This document shows positions 1-8,238 of a stretch of DNA of 26,438 bases, piece after piece; position 1 is the stretch's first letter, and each line of letters begins with the position of its first letter. Origin of the DNA: a virus (lineage: Duplodnaviria; Caudoviricetes). A program made the position numbers and the translations under genes. The notes below the pieces were generated by a model that was given only the letters and a program-made list of their open reading frames with translations, had not been told where the DNA came from and ran no database searches. The stretch covers positions 1 through 26,438 of IMG/VR virus record IMGVR_UViG_3300020045_003840. The stretch is one strand, 5' to 3'.

Positions 1-67
1 AATGCTGGTCTGGCTCAGTGGATCATGGACTACTTTGACGACACACAGTTGATCGTATTTTTTTTTT

Positions 68-131
68 CAAGCAGAAGACGGCATACGAGATTCAAGTGTG
101 ACTGGAGTTCAGACGTGTGATCTTCCGATCT
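68..131 (+). other. Illumina TruSeq P7 indexed adapter (sequencing artefact)
   Basis: CAAGCAGAAGACGGCATACGAGAT-[TCAAGT]-GTGACTGGAGTTCAGACGTGTG(A)TCTTCCGATCT has one mismatch to the standard adapter. Index TCAAGT is the reverse complement of ACTTGA (TruSeq index 8). A poly-T run precedes it. Confidence 0.99.
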
Positions 132-132
132 A

Positions 133-2094
133 TGGGTAAAGGCGGTTAAGGCCACACAGCACGGTTATTTAGAGCGCAAGGGCGTGAGTGGTAAGGGTTG
201 CCGTATATATAAAGGCACGTTGGTTGTGCCAGCATATAAGGCTGGTAAATTGGTGACGTTGCAATTTATAGCCGAAAGCGGGGAGAAGCGATTCTTGACG
301 GGTGGTGAAATACAGGGCGCATATGGCAGCGTTGGCAACCAGACCGATACAATTTATATTTGCGAGGGCTATGCGACAGCCGATAGCGTAAATCAAGCCA
401 CAGGTAAAGCAGCGATTTGGGCGTTTAATGCGGGTAATTTAAAAGACGTGGCGGTGGCAATTCGTGCAAAATATCCAAATAGCGTGATAGTTATTGCGGG
501 TGATAATGACCAATGGACGCACAAGCCAGACGGTGAGTTATGGAACGTGGGCGTAATAAAAGGCATGGAAGCGGCAAGTGCTGTGGGTGGATATTTTGCT
601 TGCCCTGATGTGCCTAATGATGATGCCGATAAGCGCACGGACTGGAACGATATTGCTAAAAGCGATGGATTAGGTTATGTTAGAGATGCTATGGCCGATG
701 CTGTGGCAAGGGGTGTCGCTATAATAAATCACTCTGATGATTTTGACGTTGCGGTTAATAGCGATGCCCCGCCTATTGAATGGCTAGAGAGCGCACCACC
801 GATTGAAGCCTATGATGACGAGGCTAGGGCGCAGATTGATATGTATAGCGGCCATGAGCAGCCAGCGATTGAAAATGACCCAGAATGGCGTGATAAGCTA
901 CACTTTGATGATAAAGGCAAGCTGGCCAGCAAGAGCTTAAACAACGTGCAGTTGATTTTAGCGCATAGCCCTAAATTTAAAGATATGTTTTGCTATGACG
1001 AATTTGCCCATGAAAAAATACTGCTAAACTGCCCTGATTGGGAAAACCCCGATAAATTTAGACCAAGGCCGATAAATGACGAGGATATAACTTGGCTGGC
1101 GATTAGCCTTGAAAAGCAGGGCATAACTTTAAAAATGGGCGAAATTAAAAAGGTGCTGGAGGCCGTGATAAATAAAAAGCGGCGCAACCCTGCAAGGGAG
1201 TATTTTAGCAGTTTGGTGTGGGACGGTAAGCCACGCTTAGAAAAATGGTTGCCGTATTATGCGGGCGCTGAAGCTGATGATTTTGAATATGTGTGTGAGG
1301 TTGGCACGAAATGGATGGTGGCGGCGGTTGCTAGGGTGTTTGAGCCAGGCACGAAATTTGACCACGTTTTAATTCTTGAGGGTGACCAAGGGGCTGGTAA
1401 ATCGACCTTGCTTAGAGAGCTGGCCACGATAAGGGGGAAGTCATATTTTGACGACACCATAAAGGTTAGCGACTTGGGCAGCGATAAAACTATTCCTAAA
1501 TTACAGGGCGTGTTGATAATTGAATTGGCAGAAATGGCGGGTATGCGTAAAGCCGATGTGGATAATTTAAAACAGCAGATTACAATTCAAGAAGACAGGC
1601 TTGTGCAAAAATATAAAAACGAGGCGAGCCGATTCCCTAGGCAGTTTGTTATGGCTGGAACGATTAACCCTGTGCAGGGTTACTTAGATGACCCAACGGG
1701 CAATAGACGGTTTTTGCCTGTGCGCGCGGGTAAGAAAATTGACATTGCGGGGATTAAAGCCGACCGTGAGCAAATATGGGCGGAAGCTGTTCATAAATAC
1801 CGTGAGGGCTACCCATTATGGTTTGGTGAGGAATTAACCGCTAAATTGCGGCTTATACAAAAAAGCCGTGAGATTTACAGCCCTTGGCTTGAAGATATTG
1901 AGAAGCTATGCGCTGGTAAAGATTTTGTAAGCAATAACGATATATGGAGCGAATTGTTTATTGATAAATCACGGCGCACCCAAAAAGACTTAACGGAAAT
2001 TGGCAAGGTCATGGTGGGCTTAGGATTTGAACGCGCGCGCAAGCGTGTTGAGAACGGCGAGCGTGAATATGGGTGGGCTAAAAAGAATGGTTGA
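133..2094 (+). CDS. Primase-helicase: N-terminal Toprim primase fused to a VapE/VirE-like P-loop ATPase (5'-truncated)
   Basis: The frame is open from the adapter junction (WVKAVKATQHGYLERKGV...). Toprim motifs are ICEGYATA, AFNAGNL, IVIAGDND and TDWND. The C-terminal part has Walker A GDQGAGKST, IIELAEM, GTIN and DPTGNRRF, typical of the virulence-associated E family. Confidence 0.9.
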   Translation, partial: WVKAVKATQHGYLERKGVSGKGCRIYKGTLVVPAYKAGKLVTLQFIAESGEKRFLTGGEIQGAYGSVGNQTDTIYICEGYATADSVNQATGKAAIWAFNAGNLKDVAVAIRAKYPNSVIVIAGDNDQWTHKPDGELWNVGVIKGMEAASAVGGYFACPDVPNDDADKRTDWNDIAKSDGLGYVRDAMADAVARGVAIINHSDDFDVAVNSDAPPIEWLESAPPIEAYDDEARAQIDMYSGHEQPAIENDPEWRDKLHFDDKGKLASKSLNNVQLILAHSPKFKDMFCYDEFAHEKILLNCPDWENPDKFRPRPINDEDITWLAISLEKQGITLKMGEIKKVLEAVINKKRRNPAREYFSSLVWDGKPRLEKWLPYYAGAEADDFEYVCEVGTKWMVAAVARVFEPGTKFDHVLILEGDQGAGKSTLLRELATIRGKSYFDDTIKVSDLGSDKTIPKLQGVLIIELAEMAGMRKADVDNLKQQITIQEDRLVQKYKNEASRFPRQFVMAGTINPVQGYLDDPTGNRRFLPVRAGKKIDIAGIKADREQIWAEAVHKYREGYPLWFGEELTAKLRLIQKSREIYSPWLEDIEKLCAGKDFVSNNDIWSELFIDKSRRTQKDLTEIGKVMVGLGFERARKRVENGEREYGWAKKNG

Positions 2095-3502
2095 TATTTC
2101 CCTATACGATGACCAGATGGAAGTGTTAAACGAATTAAGAGCCGTTATGACACGCAGTAAATCGGTGCTTTTGCAGTCGGCTACAGGGTCAGGAAAAACA
2201 CGCATGGCGACTTGGTTAATTAACGAGGCTAATAAAAAAGGTAATTCGGTGATTTTTACCGTGCCAAGGCGGCAGCTACGTGACCAGTCAAGCGAAACTT
2301 TCACGGATTTAGGATTGACGCATAGCTTTATATCGGCGGGTAAATCGTTTAATCCATTTGCAAAGCTGCATATTGGCATGGTTGATACTATGGCACGGCG
2401 AATTGATAAATTGCCCGATGCTAAAATTTTAATCGTAGACGAGTGCCATTATGGGGCTGATAGCTTAGACGCTGTGATAAATGAATATAAACGGCGTGGC
2501 AGTTGGGTTATTGGTTTAAGTGCCACACCTTGGAAGACAAGCGGTAAAGGCTTAGGGTGTTGGTTTGATGATATTGTGTTGGGCAAGCCGATGCGCTGGC
2601 TGATTGATAATAAGCGTTTGAGCGATTACCGCTATTTTATGGGTAAAACCTATGTAGATTTTAGCAAGGCTAGGGTTACGGCGGGTGAATATAATTCTAA
2701 AGATATTGACGGAATTATAGAGGCCAACGAGGGCGTGATTATTGGCGATGCTGTAAAGGATTATCGAGATAAGGCAATGGGCAGATTGCACGTGGTGCGG
2801 TGCGTTTCGATTAAGAGAAGCCAAGCAATGGCGCAATCGTTTAGAGATGCTGGAGTGCCAGCTATGCACGTGGACGGCGAAACGAGCGATGATGATATGC
2901 GGCGAATTTTAAGAGCTTATGCAAGGCGTGAAATATTAGTATTGACGTTTTGCGATTTGTTGAATTTTGGCTTTGACCTCTCACAGAGTGTAGGCATGGA
3001 CGTTTGTGTAGAAAGTGGTGACGATACAAAGCCGAGTTTATCTCTTGCAGGGCAAATGCAGTATTGGGGGCGTATGCTTAGATATAAAGATTACCCAGCT
3101 TTAATTTTTGATAGGGTAAATAATTGGCAAAGGCATGGCTTGCCGTGTGATGAGAGAGAATGGACGCTTGAAGATAGAAGCCAAACTAAAAAGCAAAGCG
3201 AGCGCGCTGAACCTACAAGGCAATGTAATATGTGCTTTCACATCCATAAGCCAGCACCGATTTGCCCAGAATGTGGTAATGTCTATGAGATTAAATCTAG
3301 GGAAATTGACGAGATTGACGGCACACTTGAAGAGGTTAGCAAGGCCGATTTGGAAGCGTTGCGCAAACGTGAAAGGCAAGAGCAAGGCAAGGCTGATAGT
3401 TTAGAAAGTTTAATCGCTATGGCCACAAAAAAAGGGTATAAAAACCCAGCGTTTTGGGCAAGCAAGGTTATGGCTGGGCGCATGATGAAAGGTAGGAAAT
3501 AA
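2087..3502 (+). CDS. Superfamily II DEAD/DEAH-type helicase with C-terminal Zn finger
   Basis: Motifs ATGSGKT, DECH, SAT and QYWGRMLR, plus CNMC...CPEC. The likely start is ATG 2087, overlapping the primase stop. Confidence 0.92.
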   Translation: MVDISLYDDQMEVLNELRAVMTRSKSVLLQSATGSGKTRMATWLINEANKKGNSVIFTVPRRQLRDQSSETFTDLGLTHSFISAGKSFNPFAKLHIGMVDTMARRIDKLPDAKILIVDECHYGADSLDAVINEYKRRGSWVIGLSATPWKTSGKGLGCWFDDIVLGKPMRWLIDNKRLSDYRYFMGKTYVDFSKARVTAGEYNSKDIDGIIEANEGVIIGDAVKDYRDKAMGRLHVVRCVSIKRSQAMAQSFRDAGVPAMHVDGETSDDDMRRILRAYARREILVLTFCDLLNFGFDLSQSVGMDVCVESGDDTKPSLSLAGQMQYWGRMLRYKDYPALIFDRVNNWQRHGLPCDEREWTLEDRSQTKKQSERAEPTRQCNMCFHIHKPAPICPECGNVYEIKSREIDEIDGTLEEVSKADLEALRKRERQEQGKADSLESLIAMATKKGYKNPAFWASKVMAGRMMKGRK

Positions 3503-3654
3503 TGACGTACGCAAGTGGAACGGTATTGTTTGCTTATGGCGATTGCGACGATGCTGTTGAATTAGCCAAGGCTTATATTGTAGATAATGGTTATAATGCC
3601 GAAACTGTAAAAATGGTAAAGCGTGAGGGGGCAATATGCGTGGTGGTAAAATAA
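3502..3654 (+). CDS. Hypothetical protein, 50 aa (not in ORF track)
   Basis: MTYASGTVLFAYGDCDDAVELAKAYIVDNGYNAETVKMVKREGAICVVVK; TAATG overlap with the helicase stop and AGGA upstream. Confidence 0.7.
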   Translation: MTYASGTVLFAYGDCDDAVELAKAYIVDNGYNAETVKMVKREGAICVVVK

Positions 3655-3977
3655 GCGAGGCGGCGATATTAAAGCAGATGATGCTAGAGGCCAGCAAGTG
3701 TGATTTGGTGGTATTTAGGAACCACACAGGCATGGTTAAAGGTGGCGATGGATTTATGCACCGCTTTGGCCTTTGCAAAGGCTCTAGCGACCTTATTGGC
3801 TGGTGCAAACTTACAGGTAGATTTGCGGCGATTGAAGTTAAGCGTGTGGGCGGAAAACCAACGATTGAACAGGTTAATTTTATTGAGCAAGTGCGCAAGG
3901 CTGGCGGGTTTGGCGTTGTTATAGATGATGCAAATAATTTAAAAAAAGAGCTTGACACGTGGCGCAAAGGGCTATAA
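3636..3977 (+). CDS. VRR-NUC domain nuclease (putative Holliday junction resolvase)
   Basis: FRNHTG...FGLCKGSSDLIG...AAIEVK...PTIEQ..F...V..AGG is the PD-(D/E)XK VRR-NUC pattern. Confidence 0.88.
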   Translation: MRGGKISEAAILKQMMLEASKCDLVVFRNHTGMVKGGDGFMHRFGLCKGSSDLIGWCKLTGRFAAIEVKRVGGKPTIEQVNFIEQVRKAGGFGVVIDDANNLKKELDTWRKGL

Positions 3978-3980
3978 TAT
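3952..3980 (+). promoter_or_regulatory. sigma70-type promoter for the recombination operon
   Basis: TTGACA (3952-3957) followed by TATAAT (15-nt spacer) or TAATAT (17-nt spacer), with an A-tract upstream. Confidence 0.7.
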
Positions 3981-4020
3981 AGCTAAGTAACCGCAACACT
4001 AAAAGAATGGACGCAACGCC

Positions 4021-4947
4021 ATGATTGAATATATCGAAATTAAAGACGAGGCCTCTTGGCTTGAAAAGCGAAAGGGATATATTAACAGCACCGAGGTGGC
4101 AGCACTTTACGGCGAATCACCTTATATGACAGCATATGAGCTATGGCACATTAAGCATGGTAATATTGACGGTGTGGATTTATCAGATAATTTATTTATA
4201 AGGTTTGGTAAAATTGTAGAGCCAGCCATTGTAAAAATGATTGAATTTGAAAAACCAGACTGGAAGATTGAAGATTGCAATGTTTATGCTTTTGATGATG
4301 CTGGCCGCATTGGATCTAGCTTTGACCGCTTTATAACGATTGACGGGTGCAAAGGATTGTTGGAATTGAAGTCAAGTAGCTATTCAGAATATAAGAAAAA
4401 ATACAACGATAATGAAGCCCCTATTCACTACGAAATACAAATGCAAGTCCAGCTTGAGCTAATGCCTGAAGCCGAATTTATTATACACGCTGTATTTTTA
4501 GCCGACACAAGGCAGATTGAATATATACGCCGTGAGCGTGACGCTGATATGGGCAAAGTAATGCGTGAGGCTGTGTTAGAATTTTGGAATGGTGGTGAAC
4601 CTGCCCCCGATTATGCACGTGATAAATCAATTTTAGCACGGCTATGCCCTAGCGCAAATCCAGACATCACGCTGGACGCTACTAAAAATGCAAAAATAAC
4701 CGAGCTTGCTGCAATTTACACGGAAGAAAAAGCACTAGAAAAACAATCAGCCGATAACGCAGACAAGGCATATGCCGAATTGATGCATTTAATTTGTGAC
4801 GCAAGATATGTTTGGACTGACCACCACAAAGTGACAGTTTCAGATATACAGGCAAGCAATGGAACGCTTGTAACAAGTGCTATGGTGGACACTTACATAA
4901 ATCCACGTAAAGCCTATAAAAGACTAACAATTAAGGAGACAAAATAA
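4021..4947 (+). CDS. YqaJ-like (lambda-exonuclease family) viral recombinase exonuclease
   Basis: WLEKRK..INSTEVAALYGESPYMTAYELW, SSFDR, LLELKS and YEIQMQVQL; directly upstream of RecT. Confidence 0.9.
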   Translation: MIEYIEIKDEASWLEKRKGYINSTEVAALYGESPYMTAYELWHIKHGNIDGVDLSDNLFIRFGKIVEPAIVKMIEFEKPDWKIEDCNVYAFDDAGRIGSSFDRFITIDGCKGLLELKSSSYSEYKKKYNDNEAPIHYEIQMQVQLELMPEAEFIIHAVFLADTRQIEYIRRERDADMGKVMREAVLEFWNGGEPAPDYARDKSILARLCPSANPDITLDATKNAKITELAAIYTEEKALEKQSADNADKAYAELMHLICDARYVWTDHHKVTVSDIQASNGTLVTSAMVDTYINPRKAYKRLTIKETK

Positions 4948-5789
4948 TGAGTAACGCATTAACACCGATTGGGCAAATTTGCCAAGCCCTAGATAAAATG
5001 GAAGGTAGCTTTAATGAATCGCTACAAGGCACAGGGGTAAATCCTAAGCGTTTTTTAGCGACTGCAAAAACAGCCGTTCAAAACCACGCTGATAAAGAAC
5101 GCCTAGCACAAGCCGACCGCGCAAGCCTTTACTTGGCTATTAAAGCCTCTGCAACAGATGGCCTGATGCCTGATAACCGTGAGGCCGCATTGGTCATTTA
5201 CGGCAATAAAGTGCAATACCAGCCAATGGTGCAGGGTTTAGTTAAATTAGCGCGCCAAAGTGGTGAGATTGAATCTCTAGGGGCGTTTGTAGTTTTTGAA
5301 CGCGACACGTTTATTTATCGTGTTGGTCAAGATAGCTTGCCCTTACATGAAGCTGGCGGCGATAAAGGTTGGTTTAGCAGCGACCGCGGCGAGCCGATTG
5401 GCGTGTGGGCATATGTGAAGCTCAAGACAGGGGATTATTTAGAGCCTGTTATGCTTACAAAAGAACGTATCGACCGCATTGCTCAACGCTCTAAGCAAGC
5501 CAAAAACTATAGCCCTAAGCTTGGTTTAGATTGGGAAGAGTTTTGGAAAAAAGCTGCAATCCGTAATATCTTGAAATATGCGCCGAAAACCACACAGCTT
5601 GAGCGTGCTATTCAAGCTGAAGAGGAAGAGTTTGACATGGCGCAAGATGATGTGATTTATAATTCTGAAACTCAAGCGGTTGCTGATGTGCCAAAAGAAA
5701 CTAAAGCGGCGCAAGTCGTAAAGGCAATACCTATTGAAGAAGCGCAAGTGATTGAAGCTGATTTTGTAGAAGAAGAAATGCCAATATAA
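4947..5789 (+). CDS. recT: RecT-family single-strand annealing protein
   Basis: DGLMPDNREAALVIY...QYQPMVQGLVKLARQSGEI...EFWKKAAIRNILKYAP, an acidic C-tail and TAATG coupling to yqaJ. Confidence 0.9.
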   Translation: MSNALTPIGQICQALDKMEGSFNESLQGTGVNPKRFLATAKTAVQNHADKERLAQADRASLYLAIKASATDGLMPDNREAALVIYGNKVQYQPMVQGLVKLARQSGEIESLGAFVVFERDTFIYRVGQDSLPLHEAGGDKGWFSSDRGEPIGVWAYVKLKTGDYLEPVMLTKERIDRIAQRSKQAKNYSPKLGLDWEEFWKKAAIRNILKYAPKTTQLERAIQAEEEEFDMAQDDVIYNSETQAVADVPKETKAAQVVKAIPIEEAQVIEADFVEEEMPI

Positions 5790-5793
5790 TAAA

Positions 5794-5831
5794 ACGGACG
5801 CTGGCAGACCGTCTAAAGTCTGCTAATTTTT
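5794..5831 (+). terminator. Structured RNA after recT: intrinsic terminator hairpin or H-type pseudoknot
   Basis: TGGCAGAC-cgtctaaa-GTCTGCTA followed by ATTTTT; upstream ACGG can also pair with CCGT. Confidence 0.55.
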
Positions 5832-5845
5832 ATGGAGGTTACGGA

Positions 5846-6157
5846 ATGAAAAAATGTGATTGCGGCAGCACAGATTTAAAAGAAAATGACGATAGCGATG
5901 TAATGGTGCTATATTGCAAGCCATGCAATGCACCTATTGCGTCAAGAGAAAAACCCATGACAGGGCAAGAGGCAATAGCGTTAAGGCAAGCATTAGGATT
6001 AAGCCAAAAACAACTGGCCGATTTTATTAATAAAGAGGTATTTAAGATGCGCCATAAAATTGAACGTGGGGCAATATCAGCTATGGAGAATGGCCGTAAT
6101 GATGTTGCTTGGTATGTTAAGGCGGGGCTTGAGTTATTACAAAAGGGGCAAGGATAA
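5846..6157 (+). CDS. Zn-ribbon plus Cro/XRE-type HTH regulator
   Basis: CDCG...CKPC, then LRQALGLSQKQLADFI...AISAMENG; strong RBS GGAGG. Confidence 0.75.
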   Translation: MKKCDCGSTDLKENDDSDVMVLYCKPCNAPIASREKPMTGQEAIALRQALGLSQKQLADFINKEVFKMRHKIERGAISAMENGRNDVAWYVKAGLELLQKGQG

Positions 6158-6342
6158 TGATTGAAAAATATACCGATAAGTATGGCATTAAAAAAATTAT
6201 AGCTGGCACGCCACGCAAATATAATTTATCTAAATATGATTATGAGAATTTAAGAAACCAAGTAAAGCGTTATCGGCGCATGGGGCATAATCTGTCATGG
6301 CAGAAAATTGGCAATTTTGTATTTGTAGAGTTGGTTGTGTAA
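6157..6342 (+). CDS. Small basic hypothetical protein (possibly DNA-binding)
   Basis: TAATG-coupled, RBS AGGA, Lys/Arg-rich. Confidence 0.7.
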   Translation: MIEKYTDKYGIKKIIAGTPRKYNLSKYDYENLRNQVKRYRRMGHNLSWQKIGNFVFVELVV

Positions 6343-6353
6343 AATAAAAACAA

Positions 6354-6366
6354 TAACCTATTGATT
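6354..6366 (-). promoter_or_regulatory. Putative IHF binding site
   Basis: The minus strand reads AATCAATAGGTTA, matching WATCAANNNNTTR, within AT-rich DNA just upstream of the -35 box. Confidence 0.45.
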
Positions 6367-6384
6367 TATATATATTCTTTTTTA

Positions 6385-6413
6385 TTGACATTGGGTGAAT
6401 TTAACCCTATATT
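6385..6413 (+). promoter_or_regulatory. Strong sigma70 early promoter with a palindromic operator in the spacer
   Basis: TTGACA-17 nt-TATATT. The spacer contains the imperfect inverted repeat GGGTGAA-T-TTAACCC (6393-6407), and there is an AT-rich UP element. Confidence 0.85.
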
Positions 6414-6448
6414 TAATTCATAGACAACAACAAAGGATTGGAAGCCCG

Positions 6449-6544
6449 ATGACACTAACTAAACTACTAACCGCCATGACAGCTTATATGCTTGTGCTAT
6501 GCGCTATTGCTTACTTAACTTTATTGCAAGGTGGTGCGCTATGA
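6449..6544 (+). CDS. 31-aa single-TM peptide (not in ORF track)
   Basis: MTLTKLLTAMTAYMLVLCAIAYLTLLQGGAL; first ATG after the promoter, ATGA-coupled to the next gene. Confidence 0.65.
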   Translation: MTLTKLLTAMTAYMLVLCAIAYLTLLQGGAL

Positions 6545-6789
6545 TTACTATTGAAAACTTTGATAAGCTATACCCTAAATCATTAAAAGGCTTTGGCACA
6601 CGTTATAACCGCTTAGGCCATGCCGTTAGCTATTACAGCCGAGCATTAACAATTTTAGGCAAGCAAGTGACCGTATGGTGGCACGCAATACCTGAAATGG
6701 CGCACATTGCAACCGTTGAGTGCAGTTGCCCTGAAACATTTGACTTTATAACTGATAGAATTTGGGATGCAAGAAATGAAAATAATTAA
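6541..6789 (+). CDS. Hypothetical protein
   Basis: ATG 6541 with GGTGG RBS and ATGA overlap. Confidence 0.7.
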   Translation: MITIENFDKLYPKSLKGFGTRYNRLGHAVSYYSRALTILGKQVTVWWHAIPEMAHIATVECSCPETFDFITDRIWDARNENN

Positions 6790-6994
6790 GCCTGTGAAAA
6801 ATAATTTAGAATTTATTTTAGTTAAAGTTGAAAATCAAAATGTTTTTGGTATCTGTAAAAATTGTTCTTTTTTTGAAGATGGTGATGTGCATTATACAAA
6901 CACTTTAAAAGATAATACTTGCAATATATGCAATAAAGACAAAGGCCAGCATAAAAAATACTTTGCTAAAATGGAGAATCAAAATGGAAATTGA
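6767..6994 (+). CDS. Hypothetical Zn-binding protein (AT-rich)
   Basis: CKNC...CNIC motif; start at 6767 or 6776. Confidence 0.65.
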   Translation: MQEMKIIKPVKNNLEFILVKVENQNVFGICKNCSFFEDGDVHYTNTLKDNTCNICNKDKGQHKKYFAKMENQNGN

Positions 6995-7151
6995 AGTAGG
7001 TCAAAATTTTGCGTGGGAATATGACACACGCTTGCAATGTAGAGTTGTTGAAGTTAAGGGCGATATTATTGTGACAAAAAGCAAAAACGGCAGCTTAACC
7101 GAACATACAAAACAAGATTTTTTAATTAACTATCGTAGATATGGAGCTTAA
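6984..7151 (+). CDS. Small hypothetical protein (MEIEVG family, SH3-like by pattern)
   Basis: GGAG RBS before ATG 6984; resembles the N-terminus of 7361..7681. Confidence 0.7.
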   Translation: MEIEVGQNFAWEYDTRLQCRVVEVKGDIIVTKSKNGSLTEHTKQDFLINYRRYGA

Positions 7152-7152
7152 A

Positions 7153-7338
7153 ATGATTAAACCAATTACAATAACCTGCACAAGCGTGGCGCACTTAATA
7201 ACAGTTAAGCCAAGCCCATATTGGGATTTGCGCCGTAAAGTTTTAGCTATGGCCGAGGCGATAGAATTAGAAAAGGAAAGCCCAGACCGTGACACATGGG
7301 CAGATAATTTTGCAATAGATATGGGGATTGGGTTATGA
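7153..7338 (+). CDS. Hypothetical protein
   Basis: GGAG RBS at 7143 before ATG 7153. Confidence 0.65.
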   Translation: MIKPITITCTSVAHLITVKPSPYWDLRRKVLAMAEAIELEKESPDRDTWADNFAIDMGIGL

Positions 7339-7360
7339 CTAAAACGCATGGGGGAATGAA

Positions 7361-7681
7361 ATGACAGATATTGAAGTAGGCAGTTTGTGGGCTAGGTATG
7401 GCGATGAAAAAGATTTAATGAAAGTAGTCGCCGTTACAGATAATAACGTCTTTTTTGAATTTGATGATAATACTGGTGATTGTCTTAATATTGATGAATG
7501 GCACGAATCAGATTATGCCACCCCCTACACACCGCCAAAAGAATACAAGGTGTGGGTTTATGAAAGCAAGTGTGGCAACGTAGAAGTTTATCGTGAAAGC
7601 CAATGTGAAAGATTTAGTGCAAGAAACGGCTTTATGACACTAAAAGCAATCCTAACAGGCAAAGAGGGGGACGGCCTATGA
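7361..7681 (+). CDS. Hypothetical protein
   Basis: ORF in the coupled array; begins MTDIEVGSLW. Confidence 0.75.
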   Translation: MTDIEVGSLWARYGDEKDLMKVVAVTDNNVFFEFDDNTGDCLNIDEWHESDYATPYTPPKEYKVWVYESKCGNVEVYRESQCERFSARNGFMTLKAILTGKEGDGL

Positions 7682-8046
7682 CACACCTAACACTTGAGGA
7701 AATACAGGCAGCTAAAACAGATTGGGAGAATATGGAAGTCGGAGCAATAAGCATTGCTGATTTTGTAGAAGGCAATGACTTGATTATTATAGCAGCCCTA
7801 GAGCAAGCCGAAAAGATTGCCAAGGGTGAGTTGGTTGTTAGCCAAGGTTGGCAGCCGATTGAAACTGCTCCTAAAGATGGTCACGCAATATTAGTTTTTA
7901 TTAAAAGTCCAAAAACAGGTGATACTTGGCAGGACGTTGTTTTTTATAACGATATTGAAAAACAATTTATGTGCGGCACAAAATATGTTGGCCATGACTT
8001 TATAACACATTGGCAACCATTACCACAACCACCGAGAGAGGATTAG
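7678..8046 (+). CDS. DUF551-domain protein
   Basis: WQPIETAPKDG...ITHWQPLPQPP signature. Confidence 0.85.
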   Translation: MTHLTLEEIQAAKTDWENMEVGAISIADFVEGNDLIIIAALEQAEKIAKGELVVSQGWQPIETAPKDGHAILVFIKSPKTGDTWQDVVFYNDIEKQFMCGTKYVGHDFITHWQPLPQPPRED

Positions 8047-8049
8047 ATT

Positions 8050-8238
8050 ATGATTGAATTACTAGAAAATGCTGAAGAAATAAAGAAATTTATAGAAGAA
8101 AGAGCCATACTTGTTGAAACAGACTGGAGGCACGATGATAGTATGTCGTTTCATATTATTACTCATAACCATATGGCTAAACTGAACAACATGTTAGATA
8201 ATTTAATTGCAGAACTAAAGGAGATTGATGATGAATAA
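8050..8238 (+). CDS. Hypothetical protein
   Basis: GAGGA RBS; within the array. Confidence 0.7.
   Translation: MIELLENAEEIKKFIEERAILVETDWRHDDSMSFHIITHNHMAKLNNMLDNLIAELKEIDDE

Noticed and set aside
2027-2086. TTG start at 2027 for the helicase
   Set aside because: ATG 2087 overlaps the primase stop and gives a normal N-terminus.
169-5747. Antisense or alternate-frame ORFs in the replication arm (e.g. 3410..3967 -, 2020..2379 -, 3135..3404 +)
   Set aside because: They are shadows of well-supported genes, with no RBS or motifs.
6401-6416. CtrA box (TTAA-N7-TTAA) in the early promoter
   Set aside because: The spacing is 8 nt, not 7.
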